From assembly GCA_038882715.1 (NCBI GenBank), contig JAVZNR010000004.1, positions 46,809-110,808 of the forward strand: 64,000 bases of DNA. Direction: 5' to 3'. A program made the translations under genes and the position numbers. Below the pieces are notes generated by a model that saw only the letters and a list, made by a program, of their open reading frames with translations, searched no databases and was not told the origin of the DNA. Every line of letters starts with the position of its first letter. Position 1 is the stretch's first letter. Positions 28,378 through 36,493 of the stretch are shown in pieces. Source of the stretch: Candidatus Bathyarchaeia archaeon (GTDB taxonomy: Archaea; Thermoproteota; Bathyarchaeia; Bathyarchaeales; DTEX01).

Positions 28378-29109
28378 ATGGGGAAAAGAATACTGGTTCA
28401 AAGGAGAGGAAGAGGCTCCTCAACGTTTAGGGCCTCAACGCATAAACGCGTTGCCCCAGCGAAATATCCAAATCTGTCAAAAATCAATATATTTAATACT
28501 GTTCTGAAGGGACAGATATTAGAGTTAATTCATGACCCTGGCAGAGGCGCTCCATTAGCCCATATAGAGCTCGAAAGCGGGGAAAGATATTATACCGTGG
28601 CTCCGGAAGGGATTCATGAAGGGCAAATAATAGAGGTTGGCGGAAAGGCATCAATAAATGTTGGCAACATTCTTCCAGTTGGAGTAATCCCCGAAGGCAC
28701 GACAATATGCAACATAGAGACGTTACCCGGTGATGGAGGAAGACTTGTACGTGCTTCTGGAGCGTACGCCACGGTGATATCGCATACTCCTGAAGGGACG
28801 CTTATATCTCTTCCATCAGGTAAAACCCGCTACATTAACGATTCATGTTTAGCAACGATAGGTGTCGTAGCGGCATCTGGCCGAGTAGAAAAGCCTTTTG
28901 TAAAAGCTGGCAAAAAATTCCACTTGATGAGAGCAAAGGGGCATAAGTATCCAAGGGTGCGTGGCAGAGCGATGATAGCCGCTTTGCATCCTTTTGGAAG
29001 CGGTAGAAGAGGGGCTAGAAAACCTACAACAGTTTCTCGTAATGCACCTCCTGGAAGAAAAGTTGGTCTAATAGCTGCTAAGAGGGCTGGCAGGAGAAAG
29101 AGAAAGTAG
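28378..29109 (+). CDS. rpl2: 50S ribosomal protein uL2
   Basis: MGKRILVQRRGRGS.FRA, IHDPGRGAPLA, GDGG...RASG and HPFGSGR. Confidence 0.95.
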   Translation: MGKRILVQRRGRGSSTFRASTHKRVAPAKYPNLSKINIFNTVLKGQILELIHDPGRGAPLAHIELESGERYYTVAPEGIHEGQIIEVGGKASINVGNILPVGVIPEGTTICNIETLPGDGGRLVRASGAYATVISHTPEGTLISLPSGKTRYINDSCLATIGVVAASGRVEKPFVKAGKKFHLMRAKGHKYPRVRGRAMIAALHPFGSGRRGARKPTTVSRNAPPGRKVGLIAAKRAGRRKRK

Positions 29110-29152
29110 CCCTTATACTCCTTCTTTTAGAGCTGAGCGCAACTCTTATTAA

Positions 29153-30229
29153 TTGTCGGAAAAGAAAAATAAGAGAATAGGTGATAGCATGGTTAAAATG
29201 CGGTTCGCTGTGATTCTCCCCTTCGGCGATATCTATGACACAAAGAACCTGATTCTCATGAGACAATTGGGCTGTACAGATGTTATAGGTCACGGGCCTC
29301 CAACGCCAAAAGGCTCGGAAGTCTGGGAGTACGGAGACATAGTCCAAATTAAGAGACATGTTGAAAGCTATGGTTTAAAGCTGGAGGTGCTTGAAGACGG
29401 CCCTCCGATAGAGAAGATAATATATAATCTGCCAGGAAAAGAGCAGCAGCTCGAAAACTTCTGTAAATCGTTAGAGAACTTGGGTAAGGCAGGTATAAAG
29501 GTTATAAAGCCGCAACATATGCCTCCGGTTCCAAACATGATTTGGAGGACTGAGATTGATAAGCCGACTAGAGGAGGGGCAACTTCAACAGCCTTCGATT
29601 ACAGCCTTGTTAAGGATATCCCGCCAACCGTTAGATTCGGCTCATATAGGGAAGAGGACATTTGGAAGAACCTTGAGTACTTCCTGAAGAATGTTGTTCC
29701 AACGGCCGAGGAAGCTGGCGTTGTAATAACGTTTCATCCGGATGACCCTCCAATATCTCCTATTCAAGGTTTTCCGCGAATACTTAGAAGCGTAGAAGCT
29801 TTCGATAAGCTACTCAATATTGTTCCTAGCGATAACGTTGGCGTATGTTTCTGCCAGGGATGTTTCGCGGAAATGGGAGTTGATGTTCCAGCAGCAATAA
29901 GGCATTTTGGTAGAAAAAAGAAAATTTTCTTTGCCCACTTTAGAAACGTTGTAGGTTCAGTACATGAGCCCGGCGGCTTTCAAGAAATCTTCCACGATGA
30001 TCCGGCTGGTAGAGTCGATATGTTTGAAGCCATGAAAGCCTACTATGAGGTTGGGTTTGAGGGGCCTATGAGACCTGACCATGCGCCAAAAACCATAGCT
30101 GACCTGCTCTTCGAATGTCTCCTTGGAGGGCACCCCGGATACTACATGATAGGAAAGGTTCTTGCCCTCGGATATATGAAGGGGCTTGCTGAAGCTATCG
30201 AGAAAACATTCTTTAAAGAAAAATATTAG
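29153..30229 (+). CDS. uxuA: D-mannonate dehydratase (UxuA family)
   Basis: Colinear with my recollection of E. coli UxuA: AEEAGV.I.FHPDDPP, GFPRI, FCQGC, IFFAHFRNV, MRPDHAP and HPGY...GK. The true start is probably the ATG at 29189 (MVKMRF...). Confidence 0.8.
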   Translation: MSEKKNKRIGDSMVKMRFAVILPFGDIYDTKNLILMRQLGCTDVIGHGPPTPKGSEVWEYGDIVQIKRHVESYGLKLEVLEDGPPIEKIIYNLPGKEQQLENFCKSLENLGKAGIKVIKPQHMPPVPNMIWRTEIDKPTRGGATSTAFDYSLVKDIPPTVRFGSYREEDIWKNLEYFLKNVVPTAEEAGVVITFHPDDPPISPIQGFPRILRSVEAFDKLLNIVPSDNVGVCFCQGCFAEMGVDVPAAIRHFGRKKKIFFAHFRNVVGSVHEPGGFQEIFHDDPAGRVDMFEAMKAYYEVGFEGPMRPDHAPKTIADLLFECLLGGHPGYYMIGKVLALGYMKGLAEAIEKTFFKEKY

Positions 30230-30263
30230 AAATCCTATTATTTTCTTTTTCTCCCTTTTCTTC

Positions 30264-30959
30264 CTAGGAACGTTTTTCAAGGAATTTTTCCAATAGATCT
30301 GGTCTAGGTGGATAGGCCTCTCTTAAAGGTATTCCTGAAGCTATCATTCTTCTGATAGCGTCCTCTTTAATCTCAACCTCGCTAGCCTTCACAGCTATTT
30401 CTTTAGCCTTCTCCCTCGGTACGGCTATAACCCCGTCCGCATCGCCCATTATTATGTCCCCCGGCCTTATGTGAACCCCCGCACATACAATGTCGCCGTT
30501 AACTTTGTACGGTACAATTACACCTCCTATATGTTCAGGCGTTGTGTTCCTTGCAAACACGGGGAAATTAAGCTTCATTATATATGGGCTGTCCCTTATA
30601 CCTCCATCCGTAACTATGCCCGCGGCGCCTTTAACCTTAAAGCCGAATGTTATGCAGTCGCCGAATACCCCTACGTCGCTTCTGCCAAGTGCTGCCGCAA
30701 CTATTACTTCTCCGCCTCTAATTGAGTCATATGCCTCGTGAACAGCGTTTCCTTTAAATCCCTCTTTGCTTGCCTCTTCGTATGTTATATATTGTATCGT
30801 TAAAGCGGGACCTACAACCTTCATGTCGGGCAGCAAAGGTTTTACTCCAGAAAGCAGGTACCTGGCCCTTGATTCTCCTAAAAGACTGTAAGCTGTTGCG
30901 ACGGAAGCTCTGCTTAGCAACCTTAAAATTTCACTTAAATTAAGTTCTCCCTCAATCAC
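30264..30959 (-). CDS. RraA / HMG-CHA aldolase family protein (putative class II aldolase/decarboxylase)
   Basis: GEVIVAAALGRSDVGVFGDCITFGFKVKGAAGIVTDGGIRDS and GDADGVIAVP, typical of the RraA-like fold. Confidence 0.75.
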   Translation of the reverse strand: MIEGELNLSEILRLLSRASVATAYSLLGESRARYLLSGVKPLLPDMKVVGPALTIQYITYEEASKEGFKGNAVHEAYDSIRGGEVIVAAALGRSDVGVFGDCITFGFKVKGAAGIVTDGGIRDSPYIMKLNFPVFARNTTPEHIGGVIVPYKVNGDIVCAGVHIRPGDIIMGDADGVIAVPREKAKEIAVKASEVEIKEDAIRRMIASGIPLREAYPPRPDLLEKFLEKRS

Positions 30960-31150
30960 TTTTAAATCCTCCCCATGCTAATTGGAAGTTTAGAGACATT
31001 TATAAGGTAGAGGGATATCGCTTTAAGCGTTTTGTCCAATATTTTCCGGCAGGTCTAAGTGGATACAAAAGCATCAACGTTTCTCATCATCTGTTTGACA
31101 ATAATTTTATTACCTAGTCCTCTAATCTTTTTAGGCTAGGTCGATTAGGT

Positions 31151-32410
31151 ATGGGGAAAACGCTCTCAGAAAAGATATTTAGCTTTGCGTCCGGGAAGGA
31201 TGTTTATGCTGGCGACATCGTGATAGCAAAGGTTGACGCAGCTATGGCTCATGATGGAACCGCGCTTCTAGCAATCGAAGCCTTTAAAGAAATGGGTGGT
31301 AAAAATCTTTGGGATCCGTCAAAGGTTGTTTTAGCCATAGACCATGTTGCCCCCAGCTCTAATGAAAATTTCTCAAGAGTACACAAGGTTATGCGTGAAT
31401 TTGCACGTATGTATGGAGCCGTTCTCTACGAGGCTGGATCTGGAATATGCCACCAAATCATGGTTGAATCCGGGCTTGTCTATCCAGGGTCGCTTATTGT
31501 TGGCGCGGACTCGCATACATGCACGTATGGCGCTTTAGGAGCCTTCGCAACAGGTATAGGTTCAACAGAGATGGCGGCGGTGTTCATGTCTGGACGGTTA
31601 TGGTTTAAGGTTCCGGAAACCTTAAAGATTGAAGTGGATGGCTCTTTATCACCGATGGTTTTGCCCAAAGACGTCATATTAAAAATAATTGGGATTGTTG
31701 GAGCTGATGGTGCAACATATAAAGCCATAGAATATCGCGGGGCGGCGGTTAGGGAAATGAGCGTTGATGGGCGCTTAACATTATGTAACATGGCTGTTGA
31801 AATGGGCGCTAAAACCGGCATGGTGGAGCCCGATAACAAAACACTGGAATTTATACGCGGTTTAGGAAATAAGGAATATAGAGCGTTGAAGAGCGATGAG
31901 GATGCTGAGTATGCTGAGAAAATTAACCTTAACGTTTCAGACCTTGAGCCCATGATCAGCTGTCCACACGCGGTTGATAATGTGAAACCTGTTAAGGATG
32001 TCGAAGGAAAGGAGGTTGATCAAGTGTTTCTCGGCTCATGTACGAATGGGCGCCTAGAGGATTTAAGAATAGCGGCTGAAATACTTAAGGGGAGAAAGAT
32101 TAAGGAGAGCGTTCGCATGATAGTGGCTCCCGCATCCAAAAGCATATATCTGCAAGCTCTAAAGGAGGGGTTAATAGAAATCTTTGTGAGGGCGGGCTGC
32201 ATAGTTTGCAACCCGGGATGCGGGCCATGCGCGGGTGCGCATCAAGGGATACTTGCCCCGGGAGAGGTATGCTTATCAACTTCTAACAGAAACTTTAAGG
32301 GTAGAATGGGCAGTACCGATGCGGAAATATATTTGGCTTCTCCGGCAACAGCGGCGGTGACTGCCCTAGAAGGAAAAATAACCGACCCGAGAATATTATT
32401 GAGGCGTTAG
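31151..32410 (+). CDS. leuC: aconitase-family dehydratase large subunit (3-isopropylmalate / homoaconitate type)
   Basis: [47 protein letters not shown] and SNRNFKGR. LeuC versus HacA cannot be separated by eye. Confidence 0.8.
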   Translation: MGKTLSEKIFSFASGKDVYAGDIVIAKVDAAMAHDGTALLAIEAFKEMGGKNLWDPSKVVLAIDHVAPSSNENFSRVHKVMREFARMYGAVLYEAGSGICHQIMVESGLVYPGSLIVGADSHTCTYGALGAFATGIGSTEMAAVFMSGRLWFKVPETLKIEVDGSLSPMVLPKDVILKIIGIVGADGATYKAIEYRGAAVREMSVDGRLTLCNMAVEMGAKTGMVEPDNKTLEFIRGLGNKEYRALKSDEDAEYAEKINLNVSDLEPMISCPHAVDNVKPVKDVEGKEVDQVFLGSCTNGRLEDLRIAAEILKGRKIKESVRMIVAPASKSIYLQALKEGLIEIFVRAGCIVCNPGCGPCAGAHQGILAPGEVCLSTSNRNFKGRMGSTDAEIYLASPATAAVTALEGKITDPRILLRR

Positions 32411-32417
32411 GAGGCGA

Positions 32418-32930
32418 GTGCCGTTGGATGCCAGCATTAAGGGTCGTGTTTGGAAGTTTGGCGACAACATAAATACGGATCTAATTATTGCTGGAAAATA
32501 TAAGCTGAGCATAACCAATATAGATGAGCTGTCAAAACATGCTATGGAGGCTTTAATACCTGGTTTCGCCGAGAAGGTGAAAGAAGGCGATATTATCGCG
32601 GCCGGGAAAAATTTTGGATGTGGCTCAAGCCGCGAGCAGGCTCCGTTAGTTTTAAAGCGTATAGGCATAGGCGCGGTTATAGCTGAGTCATTTGCCCGAA
32701 TATTTTATAGGAATGCGATAAACATAGGGCTGCCAGCCCTTGAGTGCAAGGAAGCGTACAGGATAGCGGATGGGGACATCTTATACGTGGATCTCGCCAA
32801 GGGATATATAAGGAACTTAACTCGTAACGAAACCTATGGAGTTAAACCCATGCCACCAGCCTTGTTAGAGATCTTGGTTAACGGTGGTCTAGTAAACTAT
32901 GTTAAAAAATATGGTAGATTACCATGGTAG
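32418..32930 (+). CDS. leuD: aconitase-family dehydratase small subunit (LeuD/HacB type)
   Basis: [30 protein letters not shown] and [15 protein letters not shown]. It starts 7 nt after the large subunit. Confidence 0.8.
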   Translation: MPLDASIKGRVWKFGDNINTDLIIAGKYKLSITNIDELSKHAMEALIPGFAEKVKEGDIIAAGKNFGCGSSREQAPLVLKRIGIGAVIAESFARIFYRNAINIGLPALECKEAYRIADGDILYVDLAKGYIRNLTRNETYGVKPMPPALLEILVNGGLVNYVKKYGRLPW

Positions 32931-32947
32931 TTAAAGAGATAAAACTC

Positions 32948-34036
32948 CTATTTTTCCGGCACATATATTTCTTCGTCAGGCCTAGGCAGCCTATTCTTAA
33001 CCGGTGGTAATGGAGGGCCTCCTCTTTTCGGCTCTGATAGGTAGTAGTAGGCTGTGCTCGAAATATCTAGGGTTAGGGTGTTTGCGTGGCCATGTTCAAT
33101 TGTCGCCTTTATGCTCTTATAAAATCTAATCGGATCTTCAATATAGTAGCGGTAAACGGTCTGCTTTCTCTTCCAAGGCCATCCTTTTGTTCCGCTATAC
33201 AGGATTACGCCATGATATGGGGCATTATATTCTTGTTGCGGGCCATAGGCGCAGTTAAACCAGTCCTCTGTTCCAGTTCCGTGGATTGATGGGGGCCACT
33301 CTTCGCCATCGATGAAAACCATGTCATCGCCTTCACCGTACCAATCATCTGGGTTCCGGACGAAGCAATCTATATCTAAATGTGCACCGCAGTATATGCC
33401 GTTCCCCTCAGCTTCAAGAATCACGTAGTTATGTTTGCCATCCCTATTATACCATCTGGGATCCCTCGTCATTGTCTGTGGGCTAAGCCTTTCTCTATAA
33501 GCCCATCCATCAGTATCCGCCTCTCGCCTCCATTGAACGTGAAAGTACGCTAAATCTTCGACATCTTTAATAGAGCTATAAATCTCATAGTCAATGTAGA
33601 AGTAATGCCAATATTCTTTTTCGCCTTGGTTTTCAACCTCTATAATAGCCCTATTTTTGAATGGCATAGGCCACCATGAATTAAATCCCTTTCCATCCTG
33701 AGGGCTCATTTGAAGCGGTAAAGAAACGAAGTTCTTCCGCATCCCATGGCCCATACCAAAGAAGTCTCCTATAGGGCACTCAATGCTCGGCTCAGGGCAA
33801 TTGTCCCAGTAGAACCTTAAAACTATCCTGCGTAGATAGTCTTCCTGCGGGATTCCAAGCGTCATCCAGATATGCTTAATGCACGCTGGCCCCTCAATGT
33901 CGGCTATAGTCTTTTTCTCACCTTCCCTAATCAACCAAGCATCCATGTTCCCTCCGGTCTTATCATAGCTTGAAATTCTGCGGCTTCTATAATTCCTTAA
34001 GCGGGGGAGAGAAGCTAGGCTTGAAAAACCTATCAT
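32948..34036 (-). CDS. DUF2961 / GH172-like glycoside hydrolase
   Basis: RSRRISSYDKTGGNMDAW...IADIEGPACIKHIWMT, GDFFG and EDWF, as I recall for the DUF2961 family. Confidence 0.7.
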   Translation of the reverse strand: MIGFSSLASLPRLRNYRSRRISSYDKTGGNMDAWLIREGEKKTIADIEGPACIKHIWMTLGIPQEDYLRRIVLRFYWDNCPEPSIECPIGDFFGMGHGMRKNFVSLPLQMSPQDGKGFNSWWPMPFKNRAIIEVENQGEKEYWHYFYIDYEIYSSIKDVEDLAYFHVQWRREADTDGWAYRERLSPQTMTRDPRWYNRDGKHNYVILEAEGNGIYCGAHLDIDCFVRNPDDWYGEGDDMVFIDGEEWPPSIHGTGTEDWFNCAYGPQQEYNAPYHGVILYSGTKGWPWKRKQTVYRYYIEDPIRFYKSIKATIEHGHANTLTLDISSTAYYYLSEPKRGGPPLPPVKNRLPRPDEEIYVPEK

Positions 34037-34135
34037 TTTTACACCTCGGTTAAAAAGATATATTTGGCGTTAAATTTAAGCTTAATTCTTCTCTCCTTTG
34101 ATAGAAGAGCTGAGGTGATTCATGTAAAGTTTGCC

Positions 34136-34420
34136 CTAACCGCCATGCACGACGGGGATAAGGACTATTTCGTCTCCATCTTTAATCCGCGTTTCTAAAC
34201 AATCTATCAGATTTATATCCTTACCGTTGACAAGTATTATCGTGTTAGGGCGCGGATCCTTCAACTCTGGATCTAGCAAGACATCTCCTAGCGTGTTTAT
34301 CTCCTCTAAAATTCTTTTAATGATCTCCTTAATCTTTAATTCTCCATCTAAATTAAGAGATACCTCATCCCTTCCAGAGACTTTTTTCAGCACCCCTAAC
34401 ATTCGAATTTTAATTCCCAT
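34136..34420 (-). CDS. MoaD/ThiS-fold small ubiquitin-like protein (SAMP/Urm1-like) ending in Gly-Gly
   Basis: 94 aa with beta-grasp-like pattern and C-terminus ...DGDEIVLIPVVHGG followed directly by the stop. Confidence 0.75.
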   Translation of the reverse strand: MGIKIRMLGVLKKVSGRDEVSLNLDGELKIKEIIKRILEEINTLGDVLLDPELKDPRPNTIILVNGKDINLIDCLETRIKDGDEIVLIPVVHGG

Positions 34421-34458
34421 GCTTGCGTTCTTCCCCCTTCACAATACTTAGCGCAGCC

Positions 34459-34797
34459 CTATAATTTTAAGGTTGTTAACCCCATTCTTCTTAAAAATTC
34501 GCTGAGGCCTTCACAATCGTCTATTTCAAATAGGTGGCTCAGGCAACCACAATCCGATGAGCCAAAACTTTTCACTGGCTTATATAGTTCGCCCATGGCC
34601 CTCGCCAATAAGCATTCCTCAGTTTTTGGAGCCGCCTTAAAAAATACGCCTAGAATCTTTACATGCTCATTATTAAGCAGGTAATCTATATGCCAAAATA
34701 TCCGTTTCTCTTTGCTGAAATGTCTAGCCACCCTTTTCTCTAAGCTGCTTTGAGCTGAACCTACGTAAGCGTAGAGCCCGCTACCGAAGGTTAGCAC
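34459..34797 (-). CDS. DUF123 / GIY-YIG-superfamily protein; annotated GTG start is probably not the native N-terminus
   Basis: GLYAYVGSA...RHF, WHIDYL and a Cys pair (CGC). The same frame stays open upstream to 34878 and encodes GIYVLVISVEKEINIRVGSLG, but the only ATG (34871..34869) is one frame off. Confidence 0.65.
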   Translation of the reverse strand: MLTFGSGLYAYVGSAQSSLEKRVARHFSKEKRIFWHIDYLLNNEHVKILGVFFKAAPKTEECLLARAMGELYKPVKSFGSSDCGCLSHLFEIDDCEGLSEFLRRMGLTTLKL

Positions 34798-34840
34798 GCC
34801 GAGAGAACCGACCCTTATATTTATTTCCTTTTCAACTGAT

Positions 34841-35386
34841 ATGACTAATACGTATATACCTCTCGTTTCATCGCCCCCTCAAAATCTAAGTGCGCTTATA
34901 TTTATGGTCAACATATATTATAGTGTGCTCAGTCATCTAGTAATAAGGAAAGCTGAGAAATCAGACTTAAAAAGATTATATGAGATAGAGGTTAGATGCT
35001 TCCGCGAAGACGCTTTTCCATATTCTTTTATAGAGCGGTTTGTTGAGGATCCTGAGTTTATAACGTTAGCTGCCATATTGGAGAATAAAATTGTCGGGTT
35101 TATAGTGGCTTCTATAGAGATTTTTAAGAGTGAACGTGTTGGACACATATATTCCATAAATGTTGAGCCTGAATATAGGCGAAGAGGCATAGGGTCGCGC
35201 CTGTTAGAATCAATGGAGGAAAGTTTAAGGAAGCGTGGAGCTAAAGCATGTTATCTAGAAGCGCGTAAGGATAATATTGCCGCCATAAACCTATACCTTA
35301 AGCACAAATATTCTGTCGTCGGGATTTTAAGAAATTATTACGGTGCTGGAAGCGACGGGATAAAATTTATGAAAGTTTTAGAGTAA
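34841..35386 (+). CDS. rimI: GNAT N-acetyltransferase, RimI / archaeal Ard1-like
   Basis: IRKAEKSDLKRLYEIE and the acetyl-CoA motif RRRGIGSRLL. A more likely start is the in-frame ATG at 34904, which would also remove the overlap with the DUF123 gene. Confidence 0.75.
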   Translation: MTNTYIPLVSSPPQNLSALIFMVNIYYSVLSHLVIRKAEKSDLKRLYEIEVRCFREDAFPYSFIERFVEDPEFITLAAILENKIVGFIVASIEIFKSERVGHIYSINVEPEYRRRGIGSRLLESMEESLRKRGAKACYLEARKDNIAAINLYLKHKYSVVGILRNYYGAGSDGIKFMKVLE

Positions 35387-35437
35387 AAGGTGATATAAGG
35401 GCGTATTGTACATTTAGAAATGGTTGAGTGATCTAAA

Positions 35438-35755
35438 ATGGTTTATTGCATAAGGTGTGGTAAAGAAATATCTGGGGATGCAAATTACTGCCCATATTGC
35501 GGGGCACCGCAAAAAGAAGTAAAAAGAACAGTTTACGAGGTTTCGTCGGACGATCTAATAAACAGAATAAAGGAGATAATTCACAAAGGAAACGTCACCA
35601 AGATAATAGTTAAGAATGAAAAGGATGAAACTCTCCTTGAGATGCCGGTAACGGTCGGCCTAGTAGGTGCCTTGTTAGCCCCTTGGGTGGCAGCTTTAGG
35701 CGTCATAGCGGCTTTGGTAGCGAAATGTAAAATAGTTGTTGAGGAAAAAGAGTAG
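35438..35755 (+). CDS. zinc-ribbon protein with DUF4342-like C-terminal domain
   Basis: CIRCGKEISGDANYCPYCG zinc ribbon, then IIVKNEKDETLLEMPVTVG and a hydrophobic segment. Confidence 0.55.
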   Translation: MVYCIRCGKEISGDANYCPYCGAPQKEVKRTVYEVSSDDLINRIKEIIHKGNVTKIIVKNEKDETLLEMPVTVGLVGALLAPWVAALGVIAALVAKCKIVVEEKE

Positions 35756-35774
35756 GTAGAAGGGTGATTAAGGT

Positions 35775-36452
35775 ATGCTAGAGCTGAAGATTGGTCATCG
35801 AGGCGCTAAAGCATATGAGCCTGAAAACACTATACGCAGTTTTAAAAGAGCCTTAGAGTTAGGCGTGAACGCTATTGAACTTGACGTGAGAAGAACCAAA
35901 GACGGTGAGTTAGTGGTTATCCATGACGCGGAAGTTGACAGAACAACGAGCGGTAAAGGATTAGTTAGCGAATTAACGCTCAGGGAGATCAAGGAGCTGT
36001 CTACTGAGAAAGGCGAAAAGATACCAACCTTAGAAGAAGCCCTTGATTTTCTCGACAGAAAAGTGAGAATACTTATAGAATTAAAGGAGATCGGAACAGA
36101 GGATAAAGTCCTAGAGATCGTTAGGAAGAGGGATTTAGAGGACAACGTGATAATAATCTCATTCCATGAGGAAGCCCTTAGAAGAATTAGAGAATTGAGT
36201 GATAGCGTCAAAACCGGTTTAATCTACGTGAAGCACAAAGATCCAATAAAAACTGCTCTATCGCTTAAGGCACAGTATCTGTTTCCAATGTATAGATTCG
36301 TCCACTCATCCTTCGTTAAAAAGGCCCATGAGAACGGCCTAAAAGTTGTTGTATGGACAATAAATACTCCGGAAGAAGCTCGGGAGTATGCCGAAAAAGG
36401 TGTTGATGGAATAGCTAGCGATAGGCCCGACATACTGAAAGACATAAAATAA
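35775..36452 (+). CDS. glycerophosphodiester phosphodiesterase
   Basis: IGHRGA...PENT, ELDVRRTKDGELVVIHD and VWTIN, the GDPD catalytic His/Glu/Asp pattern. Confidence 0.85.
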   Translation: MLELKIGHRGAKAYEPENTIRSFKRALELGVNAIELDVRRTKDGELVVIHDAEVDRTTSGKGLVSELTLREIKELSTEKGEKIPTLEEALDFLDRKVRILIELKEIGTEDKVLEIVRKRDLEDNVIIISFHEEALRRIRELSDSVKTGLIYVKHKDPIKTALSLKAQYLFPMYRFVHSSFVKKAHENGLKVVVWTINTPEEAREYAEKGVDGIASDRPDILKDIK

Positions 36453-36493
36453 GGGCATTAGGGGCAAGATAAGTTACTGCTTCAGCGTTGTTC

